Positions 61,341 through 64,000 of a stretch of DNA of 64,000 bases are shown here, one piece after another. Below the pieces are notes generated by a model, which did no database searches, was not told the DNA's origin, and saw nothing but the letters and a program-made list of their open reading frames with translations. Within the stretch, counting starts at the first letter, position 1. The number at the start of each line of letters is the position of its first letter. The translations under genes and the position numbers were made by a program. Origin of the DNA: the human T2T-CHM13v2.0 reference genome, Homo sapiens; the NCBI RefSeq assembly GCF_009914755.1, contig NC_060947.1, one strand, 5' to 3'.

Positions 61341-63800
61341 CTGTGTCATCCATGATTTCCTCCATCAGTGTTTTGTAGTTCTCTGTGTACAGATCTTTCA
61401 ACTTGGTTAAATATATTTCTAATTATATCATTTTTATGTGGCTATCGTAAATGGGATTGAGTTCTTGAATATGTTATTACTTTGAACAATATTAGTATAT
61501 AACTGTGCTACTTATTTTCATATGCTGATTTTGTATCCTAAAACCTTACTGAATTTATTTATCATGTCTAGGATTATTGTGTAGGAATCTTTAGGTTTTT
61601 GAGGTATAGTATATCCTCAGTGAACGGAGATAATTTGACTTCCTCTTTTCCAATTTGGATGCTTTCTGTTTCTTTATCTTGCCTTATTGCTCTGTCTAAG
61701 ACTTCCTGTACTATGTTGAATAGGAGTGGTAAAAGTGAACATCCTAGTCTTCTTTCAGTTCTTAGGGGGAATACTTTCTACTTTTGTCCATTCAATATGA
61801 TGTTGCCTGTGAGTTTGTCACATATGGCTTTTATTGAAATATGTGCCTTTGTTGCCTCATTTCTGAAGGATTTTTATCATGAAGGAATGTTGGATTTTAT
61901 TGAAAGCTTTTTCTGCATCTATTGAGATCATCATATGGTTTCTGTTTTTAATTTTATGTGGTGAATCACATGTATTGATTTGCATATGTTAGCCATCCTT
62001 GCATTACACAAATAAAGCCCACATGACCATAATAAATTATTTTCCGATGTGATGCTGGATTTGGTTTGTTAGTATTATGTGAGGATTTTTCAGTCTAGGT
62101 TCATCGGAGATATTGGCTTGTAGTTTTTTGTTATTATTGTATCCTTGCCAGATTTTGGTAACAGAATGATGCTAATTTCATAGAATGGGTTAGGGAGGAA
62201 TCTCTTTTCTTCTATTTTTGGGAATAATTTCAATAAGATTGGTACTAAATAATCTCTGAACGTCTGGTAGAATTTGGCTGTAGTCCATCTGGTCCAGGGC
62301 TTCTTTTGTTTGATAGATTTTTTTCTTACTGATTTAATTTTGTAATTCATAATTTGTCAGCTCAGGATTTTGATTTCTTTTTGGTTCAATCTTGGGAGGT
62401 TTTGCGTTTGCAGGAATGGAACAATTTCTTCTAGATTTTCTAGTTTGTGTGCATAAAGATGTTCATAATAGTCTCTGAGGATCTTATGTATTTCTGTGGT
62501 ATCAGTTGTAATGTCACCTTTGTAATTTCTGATTGTTCTTATTTGAGTCTTCTCCCATTTTTGCTAATGTAGGTAGCATTTTAGCAATTTTGTTTATTCT
62601 TTTATAGTATCATTTTTTTTATCATTGATCCTTTGCATGCTTTTTGGCCTCAATTTCATTTAGTTCTGCTATAATATTTGTTATTTATTTTCTTCTGCTG
62701 TTTTGCTATTTTGAAGTTTGGTTTGTTCTCATTTCTCTAGTTCCTTTAGCTGTATGTTAGGTTGTCAATTTGAGATATTTCTGTCTTTTAGTTGTAGGCA
62801 TTTGGCACTATCAGCTTCACTCTTAACTTTTTTTTGCTGGATCTCAGAGTTTATGGTATGTTGTATCTCTTTTCATTTGGCTCAAATTTTTTTTTACATT
62901 TCTGACTTAATTTTATTGTGTGTGTGCGTGCGTGTGTGTGTTTGTGTGTTTGGTGTTGTTGGTTTAAAGTCTGTTTTATCTGATACAAGTATTGCAACTC
63001 CTGCTCTTTTTGTTTTCAACTTGTGTAATTGATCTTTCTACATTCCTTCACTTTAAACCTGTGGGTCTCATGACATGTGATGTTGGTTTCTTGAAGTCAG
63101 CGGAAGGTGGGGTCTTTTTTAATCCAATTTACCACTCTGACTTTTAAGTGGAGCATTTAAGTCATGTATGTTCAAGGCTAATATTGATTTGTGAGATTTT
63201 GTTCCTGTCATAGTGTTTTTGGCTAGTTGCTTTGTAGTATCAATGATGTAATTGCTTTATAGGCTATGGGAACTTTGTAGTTAGGTGTACTTTTATGGTA
63301 GCTAGTATTGTTCTTTCATTTCCATATTTAGAACTCCTTGTACCATTTCTTGTAAGCTTATTCTGGTGGTGATAATTTCCTTTAGCATTTATTTACCTGG
63401 GAAATATTTTATTTCTCCTTTATTTATGAAGCTTACTTTGGCAAGACATAATTTTTTTACTGGCATTTTTCCTATTTAGGGAGACTAAAAATAGGGCTCC
63501 AATTTTTCTGGCTTGTAACATTTGTGCCGAGAAACTGCCTACTGGGTACTATGTTCACTATTTGGGTGATCATTTCACTATAAGCCAAAACCCCAGTATT
63601 ATGCAATGCACCCTTTCAACCAACCTTCACATGTATCCCCTTTACATTATTCCATATTTCTCTAAGACTTTGTTCATTTTTAAAAACTCATTTTTCCTTT
63701 ATTTTTGTCTGACTGGGTTAATTGAAAAGACTAGTCTTCAAGCTCTGAAATTATTTCCTCTGCTTGGTCTAGTCTATTGTCAAAGTTTCCAAAAATTAGC
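61341..63800 (-). mobile_element. Rearranged L1 (PB/MA-like) ORF2-ORF1 internal segment
   Basis: Antisense RT, linker, EN and ORF1 with internal deletions; a sense 3'UTR piece at ~63531-63640. Confidence 0.75.
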
Positions 63801-64000
63801 CTTTTTCAATGCACTGCACTCTCAGGTTTGACGTAAAACACTTAATAATATATGTGTTGATCTTTTTCTGTAATTTACTTTTATTGGGCTACTTGCTCAT
63901 ACACATAGCTATATTATACTGTCTTAATAAATATAAATTATAATATGTCATGATATCTGATAGATAGATTATATCCTCCATGTTTGTTATTCTTTGTGTT

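Overview
Primate (very likely human, given a consensus AluYa5) AT-rich, repeat-dense non-coding DNA, intergenic or deep intronic. I find no credible protein-coding gene: the ORF track is Alu, L1 and LTR remnants, simple repeats, or chance ORFs. The window holds nested transposons: L1PA/PB/MA/MC copies, Alus, ERV1 and ERVL/MaLR LTRs, MIR/L2, MER5, MADE1/MADE2, and a Ricksha MULE carrying captured ERVL sequence and split by an L1MA. The strongest unexplained signal is a set of template-switch or DNA-repair scars of different ages. These are a 181-bp apparently identical inverted copy at a deletion junction (45117-45297 to 49333-49513), a ~365-bp older inverted duplication (10974-11339 / 12377-12740), a tail-less L1PA ORF1 fragment inside HERV-L, and an inverted L1 3'UTR piece inside L1 ORF1. 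Repeat subfamily names come from remembered consensus sequences and need RepeatMasker confirmation. I cannot support a new biological system beyond these observations.
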